A stretch of 46,461 nucleotides of DNA from an uncultured Actinomycetes bacterium (GCA_900314665.1 OMWF01000116.1:1-46461), one strand, 5' to 3'; shown: positions 29,079-38,328, numbered from the stretch's first letter. A program made the numbers and translations. The notes: generated by a model not told the origin, from the letters alone.

Positions 29079-30356
29079 CTACGCCTCCCAGGCGATGGCG
29101 CCGCCCACAATCGTGAGCGATGCCGCCCCGCGCAGGTGCTGTCCGAGAAACGCGCTGTTTGCGGACTTGCTCTTGAAGTACTCGGGAGTGACGGTGAGGG
29201 GCGTCTCGGGGTCGATGAGGGTCAGGTCGGCGGCACTGCCGACGGCGACGGAGACCGGATCGACGCCCAGGATGCGCCGCGGCTCAAGGGCCATGACCTC
29301 GACCAGGCGGTTCCAGCTCAGGCGCCCGGTGGCCACCAGATTGGTGAGCATCAGCGGCAGGGCGGTCTCCAGGCCGGTGGTGCCGAAGGGCGCGTGCTCA
29401 AACTCGAGCGCCTTCTCGTGAGCCGCATGCGGAGCGTGGTCGGTGGCCACGACGTCCGCCACGCCGTCGATGAGGGCTTCGATGAGGGCCTCGTTGTCGG
29501 CCCGCGTGCGCAGCGGCGGGTTCATCTTGAGGTTGGTGTCGTAGTCCGCGGTGAGGTCGTCCTCGTTGAGGAACAGGTGGTGGGGCGTCACCTCGCAGGT
29601 GATGTCCAGACCCTCGTCCTTTGCCTGCCGCACCAGCTCGATGCCGTGGGCGGTGGTCACGTGCTGCAGGTGCAGGCGTCCGCCGGTCAGGCGCAGGATC
29701 TCTATGTCGCGGGCGATCATCGCCTCCTCGCCCGCCGCCGGCCATCCGGCAAGCCCCAGCCTGGTGGAGGCGTCGCCCTCGTTGACCTGGCCGTTCTCAA
29801 CCAGCCCGGCATCCTGCTCGTGAGCCATGACCACCTTGTTGAACATCTTGGCGTAGTCCATCACGCGGCGCATCATGCCGGAGTTCTGGATGCCCTTGCC
29901 GTCGTCCGAGAAGGCCACCGCGCCGGCGGCTGCCATGTCGCCCATCTCGGCGAGCTCGACGCCCTTGAGCCCCTTGGTGCAGGCGCCCACCGGATGGATG
30001 TGGCAGGCGGCGGCGCGCCCCTTCTCGACGATGGCCGAGACGGCTGCCCCGTTGTCGATGACCGGCTTGGTGTTGGCCATGGGGGCGACGTCCGTGAACC
30101 CGCCGTGCACGGCTGCCTGGCTGCCGGTGAGGATGGTCTCCTTGTACTCCAGACCGGGATCCCTGAAGTGCACGTGGACGTCGGTCAGGCCGGGGACGAG
30201 CACCTTGCCCGCGCAGTCGATGACGCGGGCGCCCTCGGGGGCGGCGAGGTCCTCGCCCACCTGGGCCACCGCGCCCTCGGCGATGAGGACGTCGACCGTC
30301 GCGTCGAGCGCGGCGGACGGGTCGATGGCGTGTGCGCCCTTAAGCAGCAGTGACAT
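29079..30356 (-). CDS. pyrC: Dihydroorotase
   Basis: LVPGLTDVHVHFRDPG metal-binding HxH motif, VATDHAPH, 425 aa. Overlaps the pyrB 3' end by 17 nt. Confidence 0.9.
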   Translation of the reverse strand: MSLLLKGAHAIDPSAALDATVDVLIAEGAVAQVGEDLAAPEGARVIDCAGKVLVPGLTDVHVHFRDPGLEYKETILTGSQAAVHGGFTDVAPMANTKPVIDNGAAVSAIVEKGRAAACHIHPVGACTKGLKGVELAEMGDMAAAGAVAFSDDGKGIQNSGMMRRVMDYAKMFNKVVMAHEQDAGLVENGQVNEGDASTRLGLAGWPAAGEEAMIARDIEILRLTGGRLHLQHVTTAHGIELVRQAKDEGLDITCEVTPHHLFLNEDDLTADYDTNLKMNPPLRTRADNEALIEALIDGVADVVATDHAPHAAHEKALEFEHAPFGTTGLETALPLMLTNLVATGRLSWNRLVEVMALEPRRILGVDPVSVAVGSAADLTLIDPETPLTVTPEYFKSKSANSAFLGQHLRGAASLTIVGGAIAWEA

Positions 30357-31293
30357 TCTCGTCGCCTCCCAGCAGCAGGTAGAGGACCGCCATGCGGATG
30401 CTCACACCCGCGTTGACCTGGTCCAGGATGAGGTTCTTGGATGTATCGACCGCCTCTGAGGCAAGCTCCACCCCGCGGTTGACCGGGCCGGGGTGCATTA
30501 TGACGGCGCCCGGCTTCATGGCCTGCATGCGGGCGCGGTCGATGCCGTAGAGCATGGCGTACTCGCGCAGGCTCGGCAGCGGAGCGTCCTCCAGCCGCTC
30601 GAGCTGGATGCGCAGCATGTAGACCACGTCCAGCTGGGGCAGCACCTCGTCCAGATAGGGCGTGTAGCTGCAGCCGAGCACCTCTGGCCTGGCAGGCATC
30701 AGGGTGGGCGGGGCGATGAGCGTCACCTGGCAGCCCAGGCGGGCGAGCAGCGGGGCGAGCGACCCCACCACCCGGGAGTGGGCCACGTCGCCCACGATGC
30801 CCACCTTGAGCCCCTCAAAGCCCGCCAGCCCCTCGAAGCCCAGGTGCTTGCGCAGGGCATAGGCGTCGAGCAGGGCTTGGGTGGGATGGCGGTGCTTGCC
30901 GTCGCCGCCGTTGATGATGTGGGCGTCCATGGTGCGCGCCAGCACCGCCGGGGTGCCGGCCGCCTTGGCCCGCACGATGACCGCGTCGCAGGCCATGGCG
31001 TTCAGGGTCTTGGCGGTGTCGACCAGGCTCTCGCCCTTGACGGTGGAGCTAGAGCTTGCGGAGAAGCCCTGGATGTCGGCTGACAGGCGCCGCGCGGCTA
31101 TCTCAAAGCTGGACTTGGTGCGGGTGGAGGGCTCCATGAAGAGCGAGACCACCGTGCGGCCGCGCAGGGTGGGCAGCTTCTTGATGGTCCTGCGGTTGAC
31201 CTCCTCGAAGCTCTTTGCCGTGTCGAGGATGAGGGCGATGTCCTCCAGGGTCAGAAACTCCGTGTCGATAAGGTGCTTGGTCGAGAGCAGCAT
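30340..31293 (-). CDS. pyrB: Aspartate carbamoyltransferase catalytic subunit
   Basis: FMEPSTRTKSSFE (STRTR-type motif), HPTQALLD, MHPGP. Confidence 0.95.
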   Translation of the reverse strand: MLLSTKHLIDTEFLTLEDIALILDTAKSFEEVNRRTIKKLPTLRGRTVVSLFMEPSTRTKSSFEIAARRLSADIQGFSASSSSTVKGESLVDTAKTLNAMACDAVIVRAKAAGTPAVLARTMDAHIINGGDGKHRHPTQALLDAYALRKHLGFEGLAGFEGLKVGIVGDVAHSRVVGSLAPLLARLGCQVTLIAPPTLMPARPEVLGCSYTPYLDEVLPQLDVVYMLRIQLERLEDAPLPSLREYAMLYGIDRARMQAMKPGAVIMHPGPVNRGVELASEAVDTSKNLILDQVNAGVSIRMAVLYLLLGGDENVTAA

Positions 31294-32220
<927 letters not shown>

Positions 32221-32469
32221 TTAGAGGTGGGAGTCCCCTTCCGCCTCCGCTCCCGAGACGCAGACCGTTTGGGCGGCAGATGGGGCCTGCGCGTCCCCGG
32301 GTGCGGCCAACGCCCCCGGCATGGTCTCGAGCGCGCCCGCGGTGGCAATGCCGAGCGCCCCCTCGGCATCGTCCAGGGTGCGCTTGAGAGCGCGTCGCAG
32401 CAGGAGCAGCCCCGCTATCACGGCGACGAGCACCAGCACGCTCAGGGTGTGGGCCAGCGTGATGTGCAC
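32221..32469 (-). CDS. Small single-pass membrane protein (82 aa), hypothetical
   Basis: GTG start with GGGGAGG 9 nt upstream, 6 nt after the stop of the preceding gene. TM LAHTLSVLVLVAVIAGLLLL followed by RRALKR. No family recognised. Confidence 0.45.
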   Translation of the reverse strand: MHITLAHTLSVLVLVAVIAGLLLLRRALKRTLDDAEGALGIATAGALETMPGALAAPGDAQAPSAAQTVCVSGAEAEGDSHL

Positions 32470-32475
32470 GGTGCG

Positions 32476-33522
32476 CTACCTCCCCATCCTCTGGCAGAAG
32501 GCCTGGAGCGCCTGCGCGCGACGGCGCTTGACCCAGAGGGCGGGCGCGATGAGCGGCGCCAGGGCGACAAGCCCCGCCGCCGCGATGACCGCCGCCGCTG
32601 CCAGCACCACGAAGTCGAAGAGGGTGGGCGCGGCTAGGAAGCCAGGTGAGACGGGGTCGCCGACCGGACCCGCTGCGGCCTTATCCCCGGCGGCCGCCGG
32701 TACCGCCAAGCTGACGGCCTGGTCCGCCGTCGCCCCAGCCCCAGCCGCATCCTCCCCTGTCGGGGTGACCTGGCCAGCTCCGCCTGAACCCGTCGCGCCG
32801 CCGTCGCCAGAGCCCCGGCCGCCAGCGGCGACAGCCGCGGGGGCGGCGGGGACCGCCTCGGCGGCATCGTCCACGGCTGCTCCGGTGGCGGGAACCGCCC
32901 CGGTCTCGACCGCGCCGCAGACGGCGCAGGTGCGCTGGATCGAGCCCTCCGCCTCCGCGCTCGGCTCGCGGACGGTCTCCCACGCGGTCCACTGGTGACC
33001 CGTCGCCGGCACCTCATACGAGGCGAGCACCGCGCCGCACCGGGTGCAGACCAGCTGGCTCAGCCCCGGTTCGGTGCAGGTGGGCGCCGTGACCTCGATC
33101 GTCTCGCCCTCATCGTGCCCCAAGGCCGCCACGGTCTTCTGCTCGACGTAGCCGCCATGCGACCGATAGGTGCACACCCGTTGGGCGAGTCCGGCGTCAG
33201 TGCAGGTCGGGGCTTTGATCGTCTCCCAGTCGCCCCAGGCGTGCCCCTCATGGGTGTAGGTCTGCTCGCCAAAGGCCTGTCCGCATTTGGAGCAGACGTA
33301 GGCCACCTTGCCCTCGGGGTTGCTCTCAGTGATGGGGGTTACGAGCACCGGATCGCCCAACGCCTGGTGCCACCCGCCCGCCGGGCAGGTGTCCGCGCTG
33401 GCGGTATGGGCGCCCAGCGGAGAAATCGAGAGCGCAAGCGCCATCAGCACCGCAGCGACAAGCAGCCGGCGGCGTCGCCGGCCGTCTGCCCTCGCCTGCC
33501 TCCCTTTGCGCTCAAGTCTCAT
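32476..33522 (-). CDS. Exported Cys-rich repeat protein with C-terminal membrane anchor
   Basis: Signal peptide RRRRRLLVAAVLMALALSISPLGAHTASA. Three to four modules of roughly 40 aa of the type GHxWxxWExxxxPTCTxxGLxQxVCxxCG. Gly/Ala-rich linker. TM LFDFVVLAAAAVIAAAGLVALAPLI followed by KRRR. GAGAGG SD 7 nt upstream, directly after the response-regulator stop. Confidence 0.7.
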   Translation of the reverse strand: MRLERKGRQARADGRRRRRLLVAAVLMALALSISPLGAHTASADTCPAGGWHQALGDPVLVTPITESNPEGKVAYVCSKCGQAFGEQTYTHEGHAWGDWETIKAPTCTDAGLAQRVCTYRSHGGYVEQKTVAALGHDEGETIEVTAPTCTEPGLSQLVCTRCGAVLASYEVPATGHQWTAWETVREPSAEAEGSIQRTCAVCGAVETGAVPATGAAVDDAAEAVPAAPAAVAAGGRGSGDGGATGSGGAGQVTPTGEDAAGAGATADQAVSLAVPAAAGDKAAAGPVGDPVSPGFLAAPTLFDFVVLAAAAVIAAAGLVALAPLIAPALWVKRRRAQALQAFCQRMGR

Positions 33523-33540
33523 GCCCCAGCCTCTCGCTTC

Positions 33541-34290
33541 TTACTCCGCCTCGTCCGCCTGCCCCGCCACGGCCGATGAGAGCGCCAACATGGCCTCGCT
33601 CAACGGTTTGTAGCGTTGACGCCCCACCGGCAGCTCGGTGCCGTCCTTGAGCAGGACCTGCTTGAAACTGTACCGCTTGACCGCTGCGCAGTTGACCATG
33701 AAGCTGCGATGGATGCGCACGAAACCGCGAGCTACCAGCAGGTTTTCCAATCGACCGAGCGTGCTCACAAACTCGAAGGACTCGTCCCGCCCATAGTGGA
33801 CGGTGCAGAGGTGCTTGTCGATCTCAAAGTACCTTATCGCGTCGATTGCGATGTTGCAGCGCTCGGTGATGCCGTTGAGCAGCAGGTACTCGCGCGTGCG
33901 CTCCTCCTGCTGGCGGTACGCCTCGAGAAACACCCGCTCAAAGCGCTCCTCGTCCTCTTCGCGCTTGACCACGTAGTTGAAGGCCCCCACGTCAAAGGCC
34001 TCGAAGGTGCGGGAGTCCAGCTCGCTCACGTAGATGAGGGCCCCTGAGGCAAAGCCCCGCCGGCGCAGCTCGCGACCGAGCTCGAACCCGTCCATCTCCG
34101 GCATCTTGATGTCGAGAACCGCGATGTTGGGCATCGTGGAGGCGTCATGACAGGCAAAGAGAAGCTGCTGCGGCGTATCGAACTGCTCCAACGTGAAGCT
34201 CAGGTCATGGCACACCCGCACTCGATCGATAAGGACGGCATTCTTCTCTAGAGAAGCCGGGTCATCGTCGCACATGACCACCCGCAGCAC
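33541..34290 (-). CDS. Response regulator, REC plus LytTR DNA-binding domain
   Basis: REC: VVMCDDD, phospho-acceptor IAVLDIKMPEMDG, YVS, NYVVK. LytTR: IRYFEIDKHLCTVHY...FVRIHRSFMVN...LKDGTELPVGRQRYK. GTG start. No histidine kinase gene is adjacent. Confidence 0.9.
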   Translation of the reverse strand: MLRVVMCDDDPASLEKNAVLIDRVRVCHDLSFTLEQFDTPQQLLFACHDASTMPNIAVLDIKMPEMDGFELGRELRRRGFASGALIYVSELDSRTFEAFDVGAFNYVVKREEDEERFERVFLEAYRQQEERTREYLLLNGITERCNIAIDAIRYFEIDKHLCTVHYGRDESFEFVSTLGRLENLLVARGFVRIHRSFMVNCAAVKRYSFKQVLLKDGTELPVGRQRYKPLSEAMLALSSAVAGQADEAE

Positions 34291-34407
34291 GTCTCCACCC
34301 CCCTGGCCTAGCGTCAGCCCAACGCATCACTTCTCCGATTGTACCAATACTTGTTTTCTATGGGACAGAGTTTGGACAAATCCAGCTCAGAACTTCGGCT
34401 TCTCTGC

Positions 34408-34508
34408 GGGATGTTGTCATCGGGGGCGTCACTGGGGACGGTTCTCTTTGGTGTCGCTGGGGACTGTCACTGGGGACGGTTCTCGATGACACCCGATGAC
34501 AACATCCC
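34408..34508. repeat. 101-bp element: perfect 17-bp terminal inverted repeats enclosing three direct repeats
   Basis: GGGATGTTGTCATCGGG (34408..34424) and its exact reverse complement (34492..34508). Inside are GTCACTGGGGACGGTTCTC at 34428..34446 and 34466..34484, plus GTCGCTGGGGAC at 34453..34464. Confidence 0.8.
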
Positions 34509-34516
34509 AGGCATAT

Positions 34517-34550
34517 GAGAAGGGCCCGGCGGCGCGGCCGGGCCCTTCTC
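34517..34550 (-). terminator. Strong hairpin (14-bp perfect stem) downstream of the radical SAM gene
   Basis: GAGAAGGGCCCGGC (34517..34530), 6-nt loop, GCCGGGCCCTTCTC (34537..34550). Lies 34 nt after the stop at 34584. No long U-tract, so the terminator function is inferred. Confidence 0.55.
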
Positions 34551-34583
34551 AGAGTGACTCATCCAGCGTGGCGCCGGCTGGGG

Positions 34584-36161
34584 CTAGACAGCCGCCTCCT
34601 GCTTGATGGAATCAGCGTTCTCGACCTCGATCTCGGTCTTCTTGCCAGCCAGCAGCTCAGCGCGTGCGGCGGCCGCGGCATCGAGCTCCTCCTGGGAGAT
34701 GGGGTTGGTGACGCCCTTGGCGGTCTCCGGGACCATAGTGTTGTAATCAGGACGGTTCTGGAGCTGGTTCTCCGGCTCGACCGTGCCGTTGAAGCCGGTC
34801 TTCACGTGGCGCTCAAAGCCCTTGGTGTCGCTCCAGAGCTTGTCGGCGACGGGCTTCCACTCCTCGGCATAGGGGGTGAGCTTGTCGCAAAGCTCCTGGG
34901 CGGTCTCGGGGGCGGTGTAGTCCGTGCACTTGGCCTCGGTGCGGGCCACCATCTCGGCGAGCTTGCCGGCGTTGTCCATCATGGGGCAGGGGCGCAGCAG
35001 GTTGCCCGAGAAGGGCTGGCCGTGGTGGTACTCCTGGAACAGCGGCGAGGTGTAGGCCTCGAGCAGGCTCTTCTCGCGGATGTTGGAGTCGGAGTAGTGG
35101 CAGAACACGCAGGGCTCGACGTCGCCGCGGGCGTTGATGTGCAGGTAGTAGCGGCCGCCGGCCACGCAGCCGTAGACCATCTCGCCGTCGTTCCAGAAGT
35201 CCATGGCAAACAGCGGCTTGGTCTTGCGGAACTCGCCGCAGATCTTGTCGTGCATCAGCACGCGCTGGTCGGGACGGACCATCAGGTCCATGGGGGCGTT
35301 CTTGCCCGTGGGCATGTAGAGGAAGTACCACATGAAGATGACGCCCAGGTCAATCATCTTGTCGTAGAACTCCTCGGAGCAGACCACCTCGGCGTTCTTG
35401 TTGGTGGTGCAGACCGAGACGCCAAAGGGCACGTGGTGGTTGTTGAGGTTCTCGATTGCCTTCATGGTGCGCTGGTAGACGCCGTCGCCACGACGGAAGT
35501 CGGTGGTCTGCTCATTGCCCTCGATGGAGATGGCGGGGATGAAGTTGCCCACGCGGGCGAGCTCGGCGGCAAACTCGTCGTCGATGAGGGTGCCGTTGGT
35601 GAAGCACAGGAAGATGGAGTCGTTGTGCTCCTCGCAGAGGCGGATGAGGTCCTTCTTGCGCACCAGCGGCTCGCCGCCGGTGTAGATGTACATGTAGGTG
35701 CCCATCTCGTTGCCCTGGTCGATGATGTCGGAGATCTCCTCATACGACAGGTTGAGCTGATGGCCGTAGTCGGCAGCCCAGCAGCCCGTGCAGTGCAGGT
35801 TGCAGGCGCTGGTGGGGTCGAGCAGGATGGCCCAGGGGATGGAGCAGTGGTACTTCTCGCGATACGCGACCTGCTTCTTGGCACCGATCATGGCGGCGTT
35901 CATGAAGAAGTTCATGAAGAAGGTCTCCATGATGTGGGGGTCGGTGTTCTTGAGCGTGCGCATGATGAGCTGGTACCAGTTGGAGGACGGGTCCTCGAGC
36001 ACGTTGCGGAACGCCTTGCGCTGGCCGACCCAGTGGTTGTTGGTATCGAAGCGGTCGATCCAGTCGAGGAGCTTGAGCAGGTTGTGCTCAGGGTCCTTCA
36101 TCGCGTAGCGCAGAGCCTTGCGCGCGCCGTAGTCGGTCAGGGATCTCTTGATGCTTGCCAT
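34584..36161 (-). CDS. Radical SAM enzyme with SPASM/twitch-like auxiliary-cluster domain and a helical N-terminal extension of about 110 aa; substrate unknown
   Basis: ILLDPTSACNLHCTGCWA is the CX3CX2C motif. YIYTGGEPL is the SAM-binding GGE motif. GCVAGGRYYLHINARGDVEPCVFCHYS is a SPASM/twitch-like beta-hairpin plus CxxC. AAGGAGG SD upstream of the ATG at 36161. Confidence 0.85.
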   Translation of the reverse strand: MASIKRSLTDYGARKALRYAMKDPEHNLLKLLDWIDRFDTNNHWVGQRKAFRNVLEDPSSNWYQLIMRTLKNTDPHIMETFFMNFFMNAAMIGAKKQVAYREKYHCSIPWAILLDPTSACNLHCTGCWAADYGHQLNLSYEEISDIIDQGNEMGTYMYIYTGGEPLVRKKDLIRLCEEHNDSIFLCFTNGTLIDDEFAAELARVGNFIPAISIEGNEQTTDFRRGDGVYQRTMKAIENLNNHHVPFGVSVCTTNKNAEVVCSEEFYDKMIDLGVIFMWYFLYMPTGKNAPMDLMVRPDQRVLMHDKICGEFRKTKPLFAMDFWNDGEMVYGCVAGGRYYLHINARGDVEPCVFCHYSDSNIREKSLLEAYTSPLFQEYHHGQPFSGNLLRPCPMMDNAGKLAEMVARTEAKCTDYTAPETAQELCDKLTPYAEEWKPVADKLWSDTKGFERHVKTGFNGTVEPENQLQNRPDYNTMVPETAKGVTNPISQEELDAAAAARAELLAGKKTEIEVENADSIKQEAAV

Positions 36162-36263
36162 GCGTAAACCTCCTTCGCGACACCCCTAGCCCAAGGTACG
36201 GGGAGGTTTCCACTGCCGAGTCATCGGGATTCGGTGCGGGAACCGCGTCGCTCGTTGTCCACT

Positions 36264-36319
36264 CAACAACGTGTTGACTAACACTGGTAGACAGTAGAGA
36301 ACCGCCGGCCGCAATGCAA
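36264..36319 (-). promoter_or_regulatory. Candidate promoter of the radical SAM gene with overlapping dyad operator (probable TetR site)
   Basis: Minus strand: TTGCAT (36319..36314), 17 nt spacer, TACTGT (36296..36291). Directly downstream are two overlapping dyads, CAACA-acg-TGTTG (36264..36276) and GTGTT-gact-AACAC (36271..36284). Confidence 0.4.
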
Positions 36320-36433
36320 GTGCGAATCCGCCTCTCGTGTAAAATTGTTTCCCTATGGTTCAATATGAACGGTAGATACGGCGGGCGCACCAACGTGGTG
36401 CGCACCAATCACGAGACGCGACGGAGACGGCCC

Positions 36434-37003
36434 ATGGCTGGTCAAGGCAAGCAGGAGACGATCGACCGGATCAAAGAGGCCTTCTGGTCGCTCTACGAGC
36501 ACAAGCCCCTGTCCGATATCACGGTCAAACAGATCACCAACGTCGCGGACTTCAACCGCGGCACCTTCTACTTGTACTTCGACAACATCAGGCAGGTCCT
36601 CGACCAGATCGAGGACGACCTCATCGAGGACATGGTGGGCGACCGCGACGCCAACTCCATGCTCTCGTTCCTGCTCGTCCAGCGCCCTCTGGACGAGGAG
36701 CTCGAGGGCTTGAGCAGCATCTTCTTTGAACACCAGCGCCACTTGGTGGTGCTCTTTGGGGACAACGGCGACCCGGCCTTCTCGCGAAAGCTCAAGGAGG
36801 CCATCAAGGCCAAGCTCTCCCCCGAGGTGCAGCGCATGTCGGACTGCGACCCCGCCGCCGTGGACCTGGCGCTCGAGTACATCCTCTCAGGCGAGTTCGG
36901 CCTGCTCACCAAGCTCTTCACCAACCCCGGCGAGTTGGATGCCGACTCGCTCAAGGACACCCTCAACCTGATTCAGGTGGTTACCACGGCCATGGCGTTC
37001 TGA
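36434..37003 (+). CDS. TetR/AcrR family transcriptional regulator
   Basis: Trimmed to ATG 36434. IDRIKEAFWSLYEHKPLSDITVKQITNVADFNRGTFYLYF is a typical TetR N-terminal HTH. Divergent from the radical SAM gene. Confidence 0.85.
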   Translation: MAGQGKQETIDRIKEAFWSLYEHKPLSDITVKQITNVADFNRGTFYLYFDNIRQVLDQIEDDLIEDMVGDRDANSMLSFLLVQRPLDEELEGLSSIFFEHQRHLVVLFGDNGDPAFSRKLKEAIKAKLSPEVQRMSDCDPAAVDLALEYILSGEFGLLTKLFTNPGELDADSLKDTLNLIQVVTTAMAF

Positions 37004-37140
37004 CGCGCGAGAAGGAGCCACCACCGCACCCGGACGCTCTTTCTGCCGCGCACAGAGCCCTGTAACCCAAGGCGCGCCCCGGAGCCCATCCGGGGCGCGC
37101 CTCTTCGTCATCTGCGCACGCTGCCGGGCAGTGCCAAACC

Positions 37141-38328
37141 CTAGCCCATCGCGTGGCGATAGATGGCGAGCATGTCCTGCTCGGTCAGCACGCGGAACGT
37201 GCCGAGGGTGCGGGTGCCGTTGCGGCTGGCGCCGCGGGCCATGCACTCGAGCTGCTTGTCCGAAGGATTGATGCCCAGGTCGGGGATGGAGGTGGGCATG
37301 CCCAGCTCGCGGAAGAATGCCTCCATCGCCTCGATGCCTTGAATCGCCAGGTCACGCCCCTGCTCGGGGTGGTACTCGAGGTCCATGACCTTCATGGCAA
37401 AGCGTTCGAAGCGAGCCGGGTTGGCGTCCATCACAAAGCGCGCCCAGCTCCCCCAGATGGCGGCCAGACCAGCGCCGTGGGCCACGTCGAACATGCCTGA
37501 GAGCTCGTGCTCGAGCTGGTGGCAGGACCAGTCGCCCAAGGCTCGCGGGCCGGTGACGTCGTTGTGCGAGAGCGCGGCTGCCCACATCACCTCAGCGCGC
37601 GCCTGAAGGTCACCGGGATTGGCCTTGAGCTCGCGGGCGTTGTAGATGACGCTGCGCATGAGCGCCTCGGCCATGCGGTCGGTGGTGTACATGGGCTGGG
37701 CGGCGTTGAAGTAGCGCTCCATGGTGTGCATGAGAATGTCGACGCACCCCGAGGCGGTCTGATATGGCGAGACGGTCAACGTGAGCTCGGGATTCATGAG
37801 AGCGAAGCGGGGACGGGAGAGGTTGTTCTCGTAGCCGCGCTTGGTGCCGGTCTTGTTCTCTGTGATGACGCTGGAGCCGCTCATCTCAGAGCCGGTAGCA
37901 GCCACGGTGGGCACCACGCCGATGGGCATAGCCGCAGTGGCCTCGCGCTGGCCCAGGTAGAAGTCCCAGACGTCGCCTCGAGCAGGATCGGCGGCGCCAT
38001 AGGCGATAGCCTTGGCCGAGTCGATGACCGACCCGCCGCCCACGGCCAAGATGAAGTCGATGCCCTCGTCGGCGACCAGCTTGATGCCCTCGCGCACCAG
38101 CGAGAGCCGCGGATTGGGCTCTACTCCCCCAAATAAAACGTGCCCGATGCCCTGGGCATCGAGCGACGCGACCACACGGTCCAGAAGCCCGGACCTCTTA
38201 GCCGATTGCCCGCCAAAGTGGACCAGCGCCTTGGTTCCCCCAAACTCCTTCACCAACTCGCCAGCCCGCTCCTCGGACCCCGGCCCAAAGACCACCTTCG
38301 TGGGAGCGTAGAACTCAAAGCTTCTCAT
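37141..38328 (-). CDS. Iron-containing (group III) alcohol dehydrogenase, butanol dehydrogenase/YqhD-like
   Basis: ATG 38328 with GAAGGAG 9 nt upstream (the track start 38337 is TTG). AVGGGSVIDSAKA, HQLEHELS and DVAHGAGLA metal-binding His motifs. Confidence 0.9.
   Translation of the reverse strand: MRSFEFYAPTKVVFGPGSEERAGELVKEFGGTKALVHFGGQSAKRSGLLDRVVASLDAQGIGHVLFGGVEPNPRLSLVREGIKLVADEGIDFILAVGGGSVIDSAKAIAYGAADPARGDVWDFYLGQREATAAMPIGVVPTVAATGSEMSGSSVITENKTGTKRGYENNLSRPRFALMNPELTLTVSPYQTASGCVDILMHTMERYFNAAQPMYTTDRMAEALMRSVIYNARELKANPGDLQARAEVMWAAALSHNDVTGPRALGDWSCHQLEHELSGMFDVAHGAGLAAIWGSWARFVMDANPARFERFAMKVMDLEYHPEQGRDLAIQGIEAMEAFFRELGMPTSIPDLGINPSDKQLECMARGASRNGTRTLGTFRVLTEQDMLAIYRHAMG

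Noticed and set aside
25928-29116. 1062-aa ORF on the plus strand. Similar long ORFs occur at 238..1305, 1948..3411, 14006..14992, 22598..23809, 28875..30353, 34515..36167, 43909..45444 on the plus strand and at 10253..11764 on the minus strand.
   Set aside because: All lie antisense to genes with unmistakable conserved motifs (carB/carA, lepA, pyrC, ileS, ilvD and others). Their translations are Gly/Ala/Arg/His/Val-rich low-complexity strings, typical of shadow frames in GC-rich DNA. No independent start signals were seen.
34408-34508. Firm call of the TIR-flanked element as a MITE/mobile element.
   Set aside because: No target-site duplication flanks the inverted repeats (ctgc / aggc), and no second copy exists in this window. 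It is kept as a repeat with alternative interpretations rather than as a mobile_element.
34291-36433. Small RiPP precursor-peptide gene next to the radical SAM enzyme.
   Set aside because: The short ORFs found by hand (for example MSHSEKGPAAPPGPSH... across the terminator hairpin, MTTSRREAEVLSWICPNSVP, MTRQWKPPRTLG) lack SD sequences and overlap structural DNA elements. The enzyme also lacks an RRE-like domain.
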